Shown here one piece after another: positions 28,344 to 38,502 of a DNA stretch of 64,000 nucleotides. Where the stretch lies: assembly GCA_947501605.1 (NCBI GenBank), contig CANMWZ010000004.1:96001-160000 (forward strand), read 5' to 3'. Position numbers and translations under genes: made by a program. The stretch comes from Planctomycetota bacterium (GTDB lineage Bacteria > Planctomycetota > UBA1135 > UBA2386). Below the pieces are notes generated by a model. That model had not been told where the DNA came from, did no database searches, and saw nothing but the letters and a program-made list of their open reading frames with translations. Each line of letters opens with the position of its first letter. Within the stretch, counting starts at the first letter, position 1.

Positions 28344-29243
28344 TCAGCCGTGGATGGTGCCGGCGTTGACGATCGGCTGCGTGCCGCGTTCGCCGCAGAG
28401 CACCACCAGCAGGTTGCAGACCATCTGCGCTTTGCGTTCTTCGTCGAGCTCGCAGACCTTGTTGCGGCTGAGTTGTTCGAGCGCCATCTGAACCATGCCG
28501 ACGGCGCCGTCGACGATGCGCGTGCGCGCGGCGATGATCGCGTCTGCTTGTTGGCGCTGCAGCATCACCGAGGCGATTTCTGGCGCGTAGGCGAGGTGAC
28601 TGATGCGGGCTTCGAGCACTTCGATGCCGGCGATCTGCAGTCGCGTCGTGATCTCCGCATTCAACTCCTGGTTGATCGTGTCGCTGCTGCCGCGCAGGGA
28701 CACTTGCGCATCCTCCGGCGCGTCGTAGGGGTGGCACGAGGCGAGGTGGCGCAGGGCCGATTCGGTTTGCACGTGCACGTAGGAGTCGAAGTCCTCGACG
28801 TCGAACGCGGCCTTGGCGGTGTCCCGTACGCGCCAGACGACGACGGCTCCGATCTCGATCGGATTGCCGCGCAGGTCATTCACTTTCAACTTGTCGCTGT
28901 TGAAGTTGTGGGCGCGCAGGCTGATCGGGCGGCGCACGGTGAGAGGGTTGATGCTGAAGAACCCGTTGTCGCGCAGCGTGCCCTGGTACTCGCCGAACAA
29001 CAGCACGACCTTGCTGGCGTTCGGGTTGATCAGCACGAGGCTGCGGAACACCAGTACAGACATCGGCAAGCACAGAAGGCCGGTGGTGAGCTGCAGCGCC
29101 CCGATGCCACCTTCTTTGAGCGACTGGGCCGCGGGGATGATGAGGATGAAGGCGAGTGGCAGCAGGAGGATGCCAACCAGCAGCATGAGGATGCCCGGCA
29201 GGCCGGGGGAACGAAGCTTCTCGACGGACGCGTTGCGGGACAT
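28344..29243 (-). CDS. SPFH/band 7 domain membrane protein
   Basis: Two N-terminal TM segments, LKVND..GNPIEI, QTESALR, AYAPEIA, RQQA; AAGGAG SD upstream. Confidence 0.92.
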   Translation of the reverse strand: MSRNASVEKLRSPGLPGILMLLVGILLLPLAFILIIPAAQSLKEGGIGALQLTTGLLCLPMSVLVFRSLVLINPNASKVVLLFGEYQGTLRDNGFFSINPLTVRRPISLRAHNFNSDKLKVNDLRGNPIEIGAVVVWRVRDTAKAAFDVEDFDSYVHVQTESALRHLASCHPYDAPEDAQVSLRGSSDTINQELNAEITTRLQIAGIEVLEARISHLAYAPEIASVMLQRQQADAIIAARTRIVDGAVGMVQMALEQLSRNKVCELDEERKAQMVCNLLVVLCGERGTQPIVNAGTIHG

Positions 29244-29337
29244 GGATCAGGACTCCTTGGATAGCGAAGGGATATCACTATGGTAGCCCGAGTGGAAGCG
29301 CATCTGTCGCTGCGGTATGACGAATCCTGGGCCCGGG

Positions 29338-31317
29338 TCAAAGGCCGAGGTCGGGGTAGTCGTCGTCGAGTACCGGTTGCACTGGCAGCGAGGCGAGGAA
29401 ACGTCGACCGTAACCCTTGGTGCGCGCTCGCGGGTCCAGCACGATGACCTTGCCATGGTCCTGCTGGCTCCGGATCAGGCGGCCAAAGCCCTGGCGGAAC
29501 TTCAGGATGGCTTCGGGCAGCGACCAGTCGCGGAAGGGATCGCCGCCCTTGTCGGCGATTGCCTGCATGCGCGCCTTGGTCAGAGGGTGGCTCGGGTTCT
29601 GGAACGGCAAGCGTGTCACGATGACCAGAGTCAGAGCCTCACCGGGGACGTCGATGCCTTCCCACAGCGAGTCGGTGCCGATCAGCACCGAACTGGGCTC
29701 TGCGCGTTTCTGTTCGAGCAGTTTGGCCAACGGCGACTCGCCCTGGACCAAGAGCGGGATGCCCTCTTCATGGAGGTCGTCAGCGAGGGCCTCCTTGAGG
29801 AACCGTACGAAGTCCCACGACGTGCACAGCACGAGTGCGTGACCGCCGTTTCGCAGCACGTGGTGCTTGGTGCGGTCGCCGACCGCGGCCTTGAACTGAG
29901 TCGGCGCCCCGCTCGGGTCGGGCATGTCGCTTTCGATCACGAGCCTGACGTTGCGTTCGTAGTCGAACGGCGAGCCCAGGCGCAAGGTATCGACGCGGTC
30001 GCCATCCAGGCCGAGTTGGCCGCGCACCCATGCAAAACCCTCGTCGTCGCCGGGGCCGAGCGTCGCGCTCGTCAGTACGCATGTCGGCCCCGACTTGAAT
30101 AGATGGTCGCGCAACACCGAGCTGACGTCGAGCGGGGCGCCGCACAGCACCGGTCCGTACTTGCTGCCCTCGACCCAACGGATCAGAGCCGGACCGGTCT
30201 GCGACTTCGGATCACACAGCGAGCGGATCACGTTGGCGAGGCCGACGAGGCCGCTGCTGCGCGCCTGCAGCTCCATGCGCACATCGACCTGTTCGATGCG
30301 CATCGCCGCCGCGCCGAGTTCTTGCGAAAGATGCACGAGGAGCGGCGTCAGGGGCTCGGCGAGCGTTTCGTCGCCGAGCGCCGAGTTGCCATCGCGACCG
30401 TCAGGGCCGGCGTGCGCTTCGAGTTCCGAAAAGAACGCGTCGTTCGCCACTCGCAGCTCTTCGAGCAGCACGAGCGCCGCCGGCGTGCCGTGTCGGCGTA
30501 GCAGGCTGTGGTCACTACGGCGTGGGTGCAGGCGCTTCAGGTGCCAACCGACGGTCGCTGCCGACACCCTCAGCCCCAGGCTCTCGGTCGCTACGCGTTC
30601 GAGGTGGTGGGCCTCGTCGAAGACCACGACCTTGTGTTCGGGCAAGAACGTCGCCCCGGCCAAACGTAGGGCGAGATCGGCGAAGTACAACGAGTGGTTG
30701 ACGATCAGAACTTGCGCGGTTTCGGCGCGTCGCCGGGCGCGTTGCCAGCCGCACCGCTCGTAGTGGGAGCAGGCGCGGTTGAGGCAATTGCCATGTTCGG
30801 CCTGCACCTCCTCCCACACGTCGGCGAGCGGTGGGAACGGCAGCTCCATGCGCGTGGTCTCGCGCGCCGTCATCGACCAGTCGACGATGCGGCGCAGGTG
30901 CGATCGTCGGTCCTCGTTTTCGAGCATGCTCTGCTCGCGCTCCGCCAGATGCATGCGTCGCAGGCAGAGGTAGTTGTTGCGCCCGACGGCGGTCGTCGAC
31001 GACCACTCGAACGGCAACACCGCGTGCAGGAACGGCAGGTCCTTCTTTTCGAGCTGCTCTTGCAGCGCGATCGTGCGGGTGCTGATCACGACCGGCCCCT
31101 GGCCCTGATTCTGATCGGCGTGCAGCGCCGCCGGCAGCAGGTAGGAGAACGACTTGCCTACACCCGTGCCGGCCTCGGCGACGAGATGGCGCCGTCCGGT
31201 GAAGGCGCGTTCGATCGCGACCGCGAGCTGCAGTTGCTGCGGTCGGACTTCAAAGCCCTGGAGCCGGCGCGCGACCGGTCCACCGGGCTGCAGCAGTTCG
31301 TGGACGCTGTGGGTCAC
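29338..31317 (-). CDS. DinG/YoaA family ATP-dependent helicase (Fe-S)
   Basis: RPQQ Q-motif, EAGTGVGKS, YLC plus Cys cluster, DEAHH, TSAT, WEGIDVPG, QGFGRLIRS. Confidence 0.93.
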   Translation of the reverse strand: MTHSVHELLQPGGPVARRLQGFEVRPQQLQLAVAIERAFTGRRHLVAEAGTGVGKSFSYLLPAALHADQNQGQGPVVISTRTIALQEQLEKKDLPFLHAVLPFEWSSTTAVGRNNYLCLRRMHLAEREQSMLENEDRRSHLRRIVDWSMTARETTRMELPFPPLADVWEEVQAEHGNCLNRACSHYERCGWQRARRRAETAQVLIVNHSLYFADLALRLAGATFLPEHKVVVFDEAHHLERVATESLGLRVSAATVGWHLKRLHPRRSDHSLLRRHGTPAALVLLEELRVANDAFFSELEAHAGPDGRDGNSALGDETLAEPLTPLLVHLSQELGAAAMRIEQVDVRMELQARSSGLVGLANVIRSLCDPKSQTGPALIRWVEGSKYGPVLCGAPLDVSSVLRDHLFKSGPTCVLTSATLGPGDDEGFAWVRGQLGLDGDRVDTLRLGSPFDYERNVRLVIESDMPDPSGAPTQFKAAVGDRTKHHVLRNGGHALVLCTSWDFVRFLKEALADDLHEEGIPLLVQGESPLAKLLEQKRAEPSSVLIGTDSLWEGIDVPGEALTLVIVTRLPFQNPSHPLTKARMQAIADKGGDPFRDWSLPEAILKFRQGFGRLIRSQQDHGKVIVLDPRARTKGYGRRFLASLPVQPVLDDDYPDLGL

Positions 31318-32126
31318 GCCGGTGCGTCCTCGGTCAGTTCGACGGTGGCGACGAGGCGCACGCGCGTGGGGGCCCACTCGGCAAACACCGCGAAGGCTCG
31401 TTCCAGCTCATCTCCGGCTTTCGCTGTGCTCAGTAGTTCTCCGAGGGGCGACATGAGGCGGGGCATCTGCACCGCTACGTGTTCCCTGCCGTCGCTGCCG
31501 CGGTAGGCGAAGCGCACTCTGCAGCGCTGCGCCCGCCGCCGCTTCGTGCCGCGAGCAGGCTCGGGGCAGCGAACCTCGACGATGCGTGCCGCCGTCGCCA
31601 CACCGTGCCGGAGTACGACCCATGTGCGATGAACGTGCGATAGCCAGAGTCCAGTTGCGAACAACAGCGGCAGGAGGATCCAGCTGGTCACCCACGGCAG
31701 CCAACTGCTGGTGCGCGCGACGACGCCAGTGACCAGGCGCGCCACTTGGGGCTCGGCCGGCAGATACTCGACGCCGCGGTGGTCGCCGGCGCGCAGCAGG
31801 TCGGCACGAAGCCAGCTCGAGGCGGTGTGGGGCGTGCCCTGCGCATCCTCGTAGCGGAAGGTGCACAGCGCCCAACTGGTCGGCAGGCCGTCTCGATCCT
31901 GCTCGCGGCGGACATCGGTGATCGACGCGACTGTCGTGCCGCGCGCTTCGCACGCGTCGAGGCTCCAGTCGTCGCGCGGCGACCTGAAGTCATCGTCGCT
32001 CCACTCCGATACGCCGCCGACGACGGCAACCAGCAGCAGCGCGGCGACCGCTGGTCCAAACGGGCTCCAGGTCGCAAACGCGGTGCGCGCGCGCACGCGG
32101 CGAGGGGGATGGGGCCAGTTCGACAT
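31314..32126 (-). CDS. DUF3592-like membrane protein
   Basis: TM - beta domain (FRYEDAQG, VEYLPAEP) - TM - second beta domain. Confidence 0.6.
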   Translation of the reverse strand: MSNWPHPPRRVRARTAFATWSPFGPAVAALLLVAVVGGVSEWSDDDFRSPRDDWSLDACEARGTTVASITDVRREQDRDGLPTSWALCTFRYEDAQGTPHTASSWLRADLLRAGDHRGVEYLPAEPQVARLVTGVVARTSSWLPWVTSWILLPLLFATGLWLSHVHRTWVVLRHGVATAARIVEVRCPEPARGTKRRRAQRCRVRFAYRGSDGREHVAVQMPRLMSPLGELLSTAKAGDELERAFAVFAEWAPTRVRLVATVELTEDAPA

Positions 32127-32172
32127 GGCGCGGATCGTGGCGAACGCAGCGTGCGGATGCGAGTGGCCGCGT

Positions 32173-32985
32173 TCAGAGCTTCAGCAGCGCCGCGGGATCG
32201 ACACGGCCGAGATCGGGACCGAAGTCGGCAGGCAGCACCAGTCGGCAGTGCTGTGGGAACCGGCGGTCGTGAAGTACGGGTACGCGCTCTGGGCTCTCGC
32301 GATCGATCCGCTGCAACAACCTCGCGCCGAGCCGGCTGTGCACTCGCACCCAGTGCCGACTGGTGCGCGTTTGCGCGCGGTGGTCCTTGAAGGTGAAGCG
32401 CACGGACAGACTCTCTGGCAGGCAGAATCGCACGTGGCGAACTTCGAGCACCTGCGCGACGCCGACATCGCCGTGCACCAGCACGTGTCGCAGACGCAAG
32501 ACGCCCACGAGCCAGCCGAGGCCGAGCAAGAGCCCCGGGACGACCAGGAGTAGGAAGGTGTGCGTCGGATTGAACTGCGGTGCGCGCAGCTTGACGGGAG
32601 CGCCCGCGATGCGGTTGAGCGTCGGTGTGCCCAGTCGGTACTCAACGGGCACTCCTTGGCCTTCTCTCCAAGTGCCGCCCGGCACGCGCGACGTGCCCGT
32701 CCAGGTCTGGCCGTCGGCATAGAACTCGTAGTCGACCCGCTGGCTCGCCTCGGCGTCGGTGGCGACGGCGCGCACGACGGCAACTACCGCGGCGCGAGCG
32801 CCCTGTTCCAAGCGCTCGGCTTCGACAAACACACCGCTGTTGGCCAAGAAGAACAGCCAGGTCACCACCCCGCCGTAGACGGACAAGGCAAAGGTCGCGG
32901 CTGCGAGCGGCCAGCGGTAGCCGAGAACTCTGCCCCAAGACACGCGGCGCGGAGCTGGGGGGATGCGTTGGACCTCGGCGGGCAC
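32173..32985 (-). CDS. DUF3592-like membrane protein
   Basis: Same architecture as the neighbour (VDYEFYADG, VPVEY, VPVLHD). Confidence 0.6.
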   Translation of the reverse strand: MPAEVQRIPPAPRRVSWGRVLGYRWPLAAATFALSVYGGVVTWLFFLANSGVFVEAERLEQGARAAVVAVVRAVATDAEASQRVDYEFYADGQTWTGTSRVPGGTWREGQGVPVEYRLGTPTLNRIAGAPVKLRAPQFNPTHTFLLLVVPGLLLGLGWLVGVLRLRHVLVHGDVGVAQVLEVRHVRFCLPESLSVRFTFKDHRAQTRTSRHWVRVHSRLGARLLQRIDRESPERVPVLHDRRFPQHCRLVLPADFGPDLGRVDPAALLKL

Positions 32986-33110
32986 CCGGGGAGTCTACGG
33001 GCAGATCGTCGGGTTCGCAGCCGGCGGTCTCGCTCCGTAGGTCGCGAACCCGCGCTGCGCCCCCACTCCGGGTAGCGCCTGCCCGCGCCGTCCGTAGACT
33101 CCGCCAGCTC

Positions 33111-35663
33111 ATGACTCCTCTGCTGCGCACGCTGTGGCTGTTTCTGGTCCTTGCTGTCGCTCTGCCCGCGCAGGGTGTTGCGGCCGCTGGCGACCCCGCC
33201 AAGAAGGAAGCGGATCTCATCCGCACTGCTTCCGGGGTACTGACGACCTTCGCGCGCACGGCGCAGACCCACAAGGTCGCGACGCGCAGCAAGCAAGCCC
33301 TGGACCTCATCCTCTCGGTTTACGACCCCGAGAACGCCAACGCTCGCCGCGACCTCGGCTTCAAGAAGGAGAAGAGCGGGTGGGTCCCCTTGCCACCCGA
33401 GAAGCGCAAGAAGTGGCAGGACAAGGCCAACTACGAGGGGCGCTTCAAGGTCATGGACGAGTGGTACAAGACCTCGATCAAGCTGGGCCAGCTGCATCGC
33501 GAAGTCGGCCTCGCGTTCAAGACTGCCGGCAACGCCGAGAAGGCGACGTTCCATCTCGAGAAGGCGGTCTACTACAACGCCAATGATCGCGACGCCAACA
33601 TCGCGCTGGGCCTCAAGGAGGGCCCCGGGTTCTTCGGCACAGAAGCGCAGATTGCCTACGCGGCGCGCATGAAGCAGATCGAGCAGAAGGCCGTCGAGCT
33701 GGCGCGCAAACAGGACTACACGGTCACGCAGTTGCCGCTCGACCAGATGCCCGAGGAGCTGAAGACCCTGCAGCTCAGCGTGCCGGACTTCATGAAGAAG
33801 CCGAACATCGACATCTTCGGCGCGAAGTCGGCGCACTTCACGGTGTGGACGCGCGGCACGCAGGAGAATGCCGACGATGCCGTGCGGTGGGGCGAGCGCG
33901 CGCTCGACTTCGGCGTGTTCTTGCTCGGTGAGCAGAACGCCAAGAAGTTGCAGTTCGTGAAGCGTGCAGAGACGGCCTACGCGTGGCGCGGCTTCTTGTT
34001 CACCGCTCGCGAGCGCGAGGAGCTGGTGAAGGCCAATGCGAACATCTGGGCGGGAATGAAGGACTACAAGGAGGCCATGCGCTTCGCGAACACGGCGTGG
34101 AGCGCCAAGGAGGGCTTTGCCGAGGTCAAACTCGGTGGTTCGCCGAAGTCGATCCATGACACGATGATCGCCTCGGTCTTCATGTCCGGACTCTGTCAGC
34201 AGCGCAACGACGGCGTCGGCCAGGGGATCATCCATGCGGTGACGTGGTACATGAAGGCCACATCGATCGCGCGCTGGGGTGCGCTCCCGGAAGGCACGCA
34301 GGGCGAAGATGCGCTGGAGTTGCCCGAGGGCACCAACTGGTGGCTTCGCACCGTGCGGGACCAGGCCACTTCGAACCAGGACTGGGAGCTCGGCCAGATT
34401 CCGCGTGAGAAGCTGTCGCGCTTCCGCAACGACTGTCGCCTCAAAGCGTGGAGCTTCATGACCTGGGCGATCGCCGCCTATCCGGACACTTGGCTGTCGT
34501 TCTTTCTCGAGTTGCCGGATGCCGATACCAAGATCCCGACGCTCGAGGATGTCGAGGCCGTAGTGGTGAAGACGCTCGGCAAGCCATCGGCGGTGATCGA
34601 TGCCGAGTGGCGCGAATGGGCACGCGGCGACTCCGGCGTGGCCTTCGGCACCGGCTACGGCCCGCCCCAGTTGCCCGAGCGGCCGAGCGCCATCGAGCTC
34701 GCCGCGGTCGAGCGCGTCAACGAACTGCGCGCCTTCCACTGTGCCTACACTTGGGCTGAGGGCGTCGACATGCGCCAGGGTGCGCTCGGTCCGTTGAGCG
34801 TCTGCGAGCTCGACGCCGAATCGTCCTTTGCCTGCGAGGCACACGCGAGCTACGTCAACAACCACCGCGAGCTGGCGGAGATGCCTGGCCCCGAGATCCA
34901 CGAAGAGAATCCGGCACACGAGGACTTCTCCCGCCGTGGTCAGCTTGCCGGCGGCGGCAACATCGTGACCAGCAATGCCGAGCGCGGGGCCGAGTTCGCG
35001 CGCGAGACCGTCGACCTCTGGGTCGGTGTGCCGTACCACCGCTTCCCGATGCTCGAGCCCAACATCAAGCGGCTTGGCTACTCGTTCCTCACCTCGAGTG
35101 ACTTCTCGGTCGCGGTGCTCGACATGCACTCTCTGGCCGAGCCCTATGATCCGGCGACGGCGCCGCGCTTCATCCTGTGGCCGCCGCCCGACTCAACGGG
35201 CATCCCAAGCAACTTCCCGTCGCCGGAGAGCCCGAACCCGCTGGCCGACCAGCCGGAGAACGAGCAAGACGTGACCAAGTGCGGCTACCCGATCAGTCTG
35301 CAATTGCAGAGCCAGCTCGCCCTCCAGGTCGCCGATTCGAGCATCGAGCTGTTCGAATCGCGCAAGGGCGGCAAGCCGCCGACGCAGCACTTGGTCAACC
35401 AGAGCGCCGACGGTGCGATTTGGAAGGCCTGGACCGAGCGCTGCAAGCCGGAACCGGTGCCGATCTGGGTGCACACGCCCAAGGTTCCACTCAACAAGAA
35501 GCTCGACTTGCGCGATGTGATCTTCTGCTTGCCGAAGGAGGGGCTTGAGAAGAGCAAGACCTACCAGGCCCGGGTCAAGCTGCAGATCGGGACCAACGAT
35601 CCGATGGTCTTCGTGTGGGAGTTCTCCACGGGCACATCCGCACGGGATCTGACGATCAAGTAG
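33111..35663 (+). CDS. Large secreted protein with CAP (SCP) domain and C-terminal Ig-like domain
   Basis: Signal peptide; VNELRA, AHASY, HEE and VDLW..VPYHRFPML CAP motifs; GYPISL...WEFSTG terminus. Confidence 0.75.
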   Translation: MTPLLRTLWLFLVLAVALPAQGVAAAGDPAKKEADLIRTASGVLTTFARTAQTHKVATRSKQALDLILSVYDPENANARRDLGFKKEKSGWVPLPPEKRKKWQDKANYEGRFKVMDEWYKTSIKLGQLHREVGLAFKTAGNAEKATFHLEKAVYYNANDRDANIALGLKEGPGFFGTEAQIAYAARMKQIEQKAVELARKQDYTVTQLPLDQMPEELKTLQLSVPDFMKKPNIDIFGAKSAHFTVWTRGTQENADDAVRWGERALDFGVFLLGEQNAKKLQFVKRAETAYAWRGFLFTAREREELVKANANIWAGMKDYKEAMRFANTAWSAKEGFAEVKLGGSPKSIHDTMIASVFMSGLCQQRNDGVGQGIIHAVTWYMKATSIARWGALPEGTQGEDALELPEGTNWWLRTVRDQATSNQDWELGQIPREKLSRFRNDCRLKAWSFMTWAIAAYPDTWLSFFLELPDADTKIPTLEDVEAVVVKTLGKPSAVIDAEWREWARGDSGVAFGTGYGPPQLPERPSAIELAAVERVNELRAFHCAYTWAEGVDMRQGALGPLSVCELDAESSFACEAHASYVNNHRELAEMPGPEIHEENPAHEDFSRRGQLAGGGNIVTSNAERGAEFARETVDLWVGVPYHRFPMLEPNIKRLGYSFLTSSDFSVAVLDMHSLAEPYDPATAPRFILWPPPDSTGIPSNFPSPESPNPLADQPENEQDVTKCGYPISLQLQSQLALQVADSSIELFESRKGGKPPTQHLVNQSADGAIWKAWTERCKPEPVPIWVHTPKVPLNKKLDLRDVIFCLPKEGLEKSKTYQARVKLQIGTNDPMVFVWEFSTGTSARDLTIK

Positions 35664-35670
35664 CGGATGC

Positions 35671-35698
35671 TTGCAACGCGATAGAGCACGACCACAAT
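35671..35698 (+). promoter_or_regulatory. Putative sigma70 promoter for fbaB
   Basis: TTGCAA-N16-CACAAT. Confidence 0.4.
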
Positions 35699-35780
35699 CG
35701 GTCGCCGATTTCACGGTCGCGTGCGCACGAACGCCGCTCGCGACCGCCGTTCCGAGTCCCAACCAACGTCGAGTCAATCC

Positions 35781-36701
35781 ATGGCTTCCCGCACCGCCGA
35801 GATCCTGAGCTGGTACGAGTCCGACAACCCCGGTGTCCTCAAGAACCTCCATTGGATGATGCACACCGGCAATCTCGCCGGGACCGGCAAGTTCGTCATC
35901 CTGCCAGTCGACCAAGGCTTCGAACACGGTCCGGCGCGCTCATTCGCCAAGAACGCACCGGGCTACGACCCGCACTACCACTTTGAGCTCGCGCTCGCAG
36001 CGGGCTGCAACGCCTACGCTGCGCCGCTGGGTTTTCTCGAAGCCGGGGCACGGACCTTCGCCGGCCGCATCCCCACGATTCTCAAGCTCAACAACAGCGA
36101 CTCGCTGTTCTCGGGCAAGAACCCGATGCCGGCTCTCACCGGCTCGGTCAAGGAGGCTCTGCGCCTGGGCTGTGCGGCGATCGGATTCACCATCTATCCG
36201 GGCAGCAGCTTTCGCAACGACATGTACGGCGAGCTGCGGGCTCTGACCGAGGAGGCGAAGGCCAACGGCCTCGTCGTCGTCGTCTGGAGCTACCCGCGTG
36301 GCGAAGGTCTCAGCAAGCAAGGTGAGACGGCGATCGATGTCACGGCCTACGCGGCGCAGATTGCGGCGCAACTCGGCGCCCACATCATCAAGGTCAAGCC
36401 GCCGACCGAGCACATGGAGCAGGACGCAGCCAAGAAGGTCTACGAGGCCGAGAAGATCCCCGTCGCCACGCTGGCAGAGCGCGTGAAGCACGTGGTGCAG
36501 AGTTCCTTCGGCGGCCGCCGCATCGTCATCTTCAGCGGCGGCGAGGCCAAAGGTACCGAGGAGGTGCTGAAGGAAATCCAGGGCATCGCCGACGGTGGTG
36601 GTTTTGGTTCGATCCTCGGCCGCAACGCGTTCCAGCGACCGAAGGCCGATGCGATCAAGCTGCTGGCCGCGATCCAGGACATCTACCGCAAGGCGAAGTG
36701 A
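35781..36701 (+). CDS. fbaB: Class I fructose-bisphosphate aldolase (DhnA/FbaB type)
   Basis: ILPVDQGFEHGP, GFTIYPGS, WSYPRG, AHIIKVK Schiff-base Lys, GRNAFQR. Confidence 0.93.
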   Translation: MASRTAEILSWYESDNPGVLKNLHWMMHTGNLAGTGKFVILPVDQGFEHGPARSFAKNAPGYDPHYHFELALAAGCNAYAAPLGFLEAGARTFAGRIPTILKLNNSDSLFSGKNPMPALTGSVKEALRLGCAAIGFTIYPGSSFRNDMYGELRALTEEAKANGLVVVVWSYPRGEGLSKQGETAIDVTAYAAQIAAQLGAHIIKVKPPTEHMEQDAAKKVYEAEKIPVATLAERVKHVVQSSFGGRRIVIFSGGEAKGTEEVLKEIQGIADGGGFGSILGRNAFQRPKADAIKLLAAIQDIYRKAK

Positions 36702-36766
36702 TGGCGCCCGGAGGCGTCCGCCGCGCGCCCTTTTCTAGTGCGCTTGGCTTTCCGTAGGCCAGGCCT

Positions 36767-37789
36767 TCAGTAGGTCTGGTACTCGAGCGAGCCGACGAGT
36801 GCTCGCACGATCTGCTGCGGCTTGCCGCCCTTGTGCAACAGTGCCGCAGTGAAGGTGTCGAGCTCCTTGTCGTTCGGCGCGCGCGCGAGGTAGCGGAGGA
36901 AGCACGCCGCCACGAAGGCGCGTTCCTCGCCGGCCGCGGTCAAGGGCAGCTTGGCCTGCGGACTGTCGAGCACGACCTTGGCGAGTACCGAGCGCAGCGG
37001 TGCCGGATCGGCCATCGCGTTCATCGCGTTGCGTAGGTTGCGCAGTTCTTCGGCGTCGGGCGCCCGTTCGAGCAAGTCGATGTACAAGCCGCGCAAGAAC
37101 TGGCGCTCGCTCTTCGGCCGCCGCCGCTGCGTCTCCTGCAGATAGGTGTCCGACTGCAGCCATTCGCCGAGCACGGGGAAGAACTCGGTGAAGTCCGCGT
37201 GCACCCGGGCGACGGTCGCATCCCCATCAACGAGCGGGGTGCCGAGCAGGCGTCGGTGCTGGCGGTCGAGCAGCGTGCGAGCAAACTCGCGATGCGCGAG
37301 TGCGATCTGCACGAGGTCACTCTGACTGCCAGCAGCGGCATCGAGGAACTTCGTCTTCTTGCCGTCGTACGCCTTCTTGCCCGCCTCGAGGATCGGCTTC
37401 ACCGCTTTGTCCTGTACCCGGTAACCGAGGCACTGCTCCAGCAAGACGGTGACGAACGTGTCATTGCCTGGGTTGCGCAGCGAGAAGCCGGTCGAGAGCA
37501 GGATCTCGGCGGTCGCGGAGCGGGCGTCGAGGTCGCCCTTCTGCAGCCGCGTCGGGATGCGATCGACGGACTCGCCACCCGGTCGAAAGCGATCGAGCAG
37601 CAAGAAGTAGTACAGCTGCTCCTCGAACCACTCGCTCTTGGCCTCGCGGCTGCCGAGCAGCCGTTTGACCAGGATCGCAACATCGAGCCCGAGGTAGCTG
37701 CGGCGCTCGGCATCGGTCGGCCCGCGTTGGAGCAGGTCGTAGCAGAGCCGCAGCAGGAGGCGGGGGGTGACTTCGCCGCGTGCGGGCAT
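36767..37789 (-). CDS. Hypothetical protein with repeated LYxDLLxRxP helical motifs (DUF1549/DUF1553-like)
   Basis: RLCYDLLQRGPTDAE, RGLYIDLLERAPDAEE, CFLRYLARAPNDKE. Confidence 0.65.
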   Translation of the reverse strand: MPARGEVTPRLLLRLCYDLLQRGPTDAERRSYLGLDVAILVKRLLGSREAKSEWFEEQLYYFLLLDRFRPGGESVDRIPTRLQKGDLDARSATAEILLSTGFSLRNPGNDTFVTVLLEQCLGYRVQDKAVKPILEAGKKAYDGKKTKFLDAAAGSQSDLVQIALAHREFARTLLDRQHRRLLGTPLVDGDATVARVHADFTEFFPVLGEWLQSDTYLQETQRRRPKSERQFLRGLYIDLLERAPDAEELRNLRNAMNAMADPAPLRSVLAKVVLDSPQAKLPLTAAGEERAFVAACFLRYLARAPNDKELDTFTAALLHKGGKPQQIVRALVGSLEYQTY

Positions 37790-37993
37790 CGCGGCATCCT
37801 ACCGGACGACTGCGCCACGAAGAGATCGGCAGCGCGGGCAAAGTCCGCTGGGACCAAGTCGCCGGCGAACCCACGCGCGCGCTGGCCACCGCTACGGGGC
37901 AAGGCTCGAGTTCGAACGTGCCCGTGTGGAACCAGGCACCGGCTACGGCGCGCTGGCCTCGGCGCGCCTACTGGCCGTATCGTGTCGCCTCTC

Positions 37994-38494
37994 ATGGCGA
38001 CCATCACGTTCAAAGGCAATCCCGTTCAGACCTCCGGAAACCTGCCGCAGAAGGGCCAGAAGGCACCCTCGTTTGCGCTGGTCAAGACCGATCTGTCGAC
38101 CGTCACCAACAAGGATTTGGCCGGCAAGACCATCGTGCTCAACATCTTCCCGAGCATCGACACTGGCACGTGCGCGACCTCGGTCCGCACCTTCAACAAG
38201 AGCGCCGCTGACTACCCGAACGCGGTCGTGCTGTGTGTGTCGAAGGACCTGCCTTTCGCGCACAAGCGGTTCTGCGGTGCCGAGGGCATCGACAAGGTGC
38301 ACGCGGTGAGCGCCTTCCGTGGTCCGGACTTTGGCCGCGACTACGGCCTTACGGTCGTCGACGGACCTCTGGCGGGTCTGCTCGCGCGCGCCGTCGTGGT
38401 CATCGACAGTTTGGGCAACGTCGTGCACAGCGAACTCGTGGCCGAGCTTGCGCACGAACCCAACTATGCCGCCGCGGCAGCGGCAATCCGCTGA
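37994..38494 (+). CDS. tpx: Thiol peroxidase
   Basis: FPSIDTGTCA, SKDLPFAHKRFC, LARAV, EPNY. Confidence 0.95.
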   Translation: MATITFKGNPVQTSGNLPQKGQKAPSFALVKTDLSTVTNKDLAGKTIVLNIFPSIDTGTCATSVRTFNKSAADYPNAVVLCVSKDLPFAHKRFCGAEGIDKVHAVSAFRGPDFGRDYGLTVVDGPLAGLLARAVVVIDSLGNVVHSELVAELAHEPNYAAAAAAIR

Positions 38495-38502
38495 CCTTCG
38501 CG

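Noticed and set aside
29338..31317. DinG as a type IV CRISPR (Csf4) component
   Set aside because: No cas/csf genes or array nearby; looks like a housekeeping Fe-S YoaA/DinG
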